Positions 63,101-64,000 of a DNA stretch of 64,000 bases are shown piece by piece. The notes beneath the pieces were generated by a model that did not search any database, was not told the origin of the DNA, and saw only the letters and a program-made list of their open reading frames with translations. The DNA is taken from positions 4,007 through 68,006 of the forward strand of contig CAIKMQ010000028.1 in the NCBI GenBank assembly GCA_903828565.1, in the 5' to 3' direction. The DNA comes from an uncultured Leptolinea sp. Its GTDB lineage: Bacteria > Chloroflexota > Anaerolineae > Anaerolineales > Anaerolineaceae. The number at the start of each line of letters is the position of its first letter. The stretch's first letter is position 1. A program made the translations under genes and the position numbers.

Positions 63101-63367
63101 ATGTCTGGTTTTGTGGATAAATTACTGAACAAACCATCCAGCGCTGATACCGCACGGCAACGCTTGCAGTTAGTCCTCATCCATGATCGGGCAAATCTTC
63201 CTCCAGGGCAGATCGACATGATGAAAGAGGAATTGATACGGGTCATCTCAAAATATGTTGAGATAGACAGAGCCAAAGCTGAGATCGCGGTGGAAAATGA
63301 AGGGCGGGAGCAGCGTCTTACGATCAATATTCCACTGGTGGCTGAAAGCCGGCGTTACCAGGGCTAA
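63101..63367 (+). CDS. minE: cell division topological specificity factor MinE
   Basis: 88 aa with SADTARQRLQLVLIHDR and EELIRVISKYVEID. Confidence 0.88.
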   Translation: MSGFVDKLLNKPSSADTARQRLQLVLIHDRANLPPGQIDMMKEELIRVISKYVEIDRAKAEIAVENEGREQRLTINIPLVAESRRYQG

Positions 63368-63370
63368 TGC

Positions 63371-64000
63371 ATGTTTTCCAGGGATAACTGGCGCAATTTT
63401 GATTTTTGGATGTTCGGGACAGTCATCATCCTGAGCATCTTTGGGATTGCCATGATCCGCTCTGCCATTGCGGGAAATACAGAGTTGGCTACTTATGTGA
63501 ATCGCCAGATCGTATTTATATCCCTCGGATTGGTGATCATTTTCATCACGGCTATCATTGATTATCATTACTGGGCACAGATCGCGCGAGTGATGTATAT
63601 TGCGACATTTATCCTGCTGATGGTCGTCTTTCTGATCGGTCAGGCCAGTTTTGGCGCGGCTCGGTGGATCAGCGCAGGCATCGTGAATATCCAACCATCT
63701 GAGATCGGTAAAGTTGTGCTTATCTTGGTACTTTCAGATTATTTCGCCCGTACCCGGGATGTAAAGAAAGGCACCCGCTGGATCGCGGCATCTTTTATGA
63801 TCACTGTCGGCCTGGTGATCTGGATCTTACTGCAACCGAACCTTTCCACATCCATCGTAATGTTTGTAATCTGGTTCAGCCTCATCTGGCTATCAGGGTT
63901 GCCACCCAAATACATCATCTTTTTTATTATCGGCGGACTTTTGTTGGCGGTAGCTGCTTTCCCCTTCCTGGAACCGTACCAACAGCAGCGCATTATGACA
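63371..64000 (+). CDS. rodA: SEDS-family peptidoglycan glycosyltransferase RodA; the C-terminus runs off the window
   Basis: Absent from the track because it has no in-window stop. I translated it by hand from ATG 63371 (MFSRDNWRNFDFWMFGTVIILSIFGIAMI...NIQPSEIGKVVLILVLSDYF...LLQPNLSTSIVM), and it is open to base 64000. It begins 3 nt after minE. Confidence 0.85.
   Translation, partial: MFSRDNWRNFDFWMFGTVIILSIFGIAMIRSAIAGNTELATYVNRQIVFISLGLVIIFITAIIDYHYWAQIARVMYIATFILLMVVFLIGQASFGAARWISAGIVNIQPSEIGKVVLILVLSDYFARTRDVKKGTRWIAASFMITVGLVIWILLQPNLSTSIVMFVIWFSLIWLSGLPPKYIIFFIIGGLLLAVAAFPFLEPYQQQRIMT

Noticed and set aside
62551-63327. A 258-aa ORF on the minus strand spanning minD and minE.
   Set aside because: It lies exactly antisense to two strongly conserved genes. 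Its translation is Ser/Arg/Pro-rich with no recognisable motif, and it has no RBS. This is a typical shadow ORF.

Overview
This is a gene-dense (about 90% coding) bacterial chromosomal window with roughly 48-50% GC, made up mostly of housekeeping genes. I found no rRNA, CRISPR array, transposase, integrase, prophage or recognisable defence island. Gene content and order suggest a monoderm-type lineage, possibly Chloroflexota/Anaerolineae-like. The clues are mreBCD next to minCD, an archaeal-type apgM, a membrane-fused spermidine-synthase-like protein and promoters that abut start codons. This taxonomic guess is weak. Recognisable genes include ligA, rlmI, tmRNA (ssrA) and later smpB, an ECF sigma factor, fmt, glpK, proBA, mutS, alaS, a tRNA-Met(CAT), trmI, rplY/ctc, mgsA and hutH. 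From about 51.4 kb to the window end there is a long cell-envelope and morphogenesis block: an L,D-transpeptidase, ccdA, pgeF-yggS-yggT-yggU, then mreB-mreC-mreD-pbp2-minC-minD-minE-rodA. Two ORFs run off the window edges and are missing from the supplied track (1..1447 minus strand; rodA 63371..64000). Several track ORFs needed start corrections where the longest ORF overlapped a terminator, a neighbouring gene or a tRNA flank. The most unusual candidates are two. First, the glpK operon links a trimmed GlpA-type flavoprotein to SdhB/SdhC/SdhD-like subunits instead of GlpBC. Second, an MrfA/YprA-type helicase carries an inserted HNH nuclease motif and is coupled to an MrfB/YprB-type exonuclease-TPR gene. 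Smaller observations are a probably leaderless fmt, a Cys-less glutaredoxin-like domain fused to DUF2085 next to ccdA, and several zinc-ribbon or membrane gene pairs of unknown function. All functional calls rest on motifs I could read in the translations; no database search was run.
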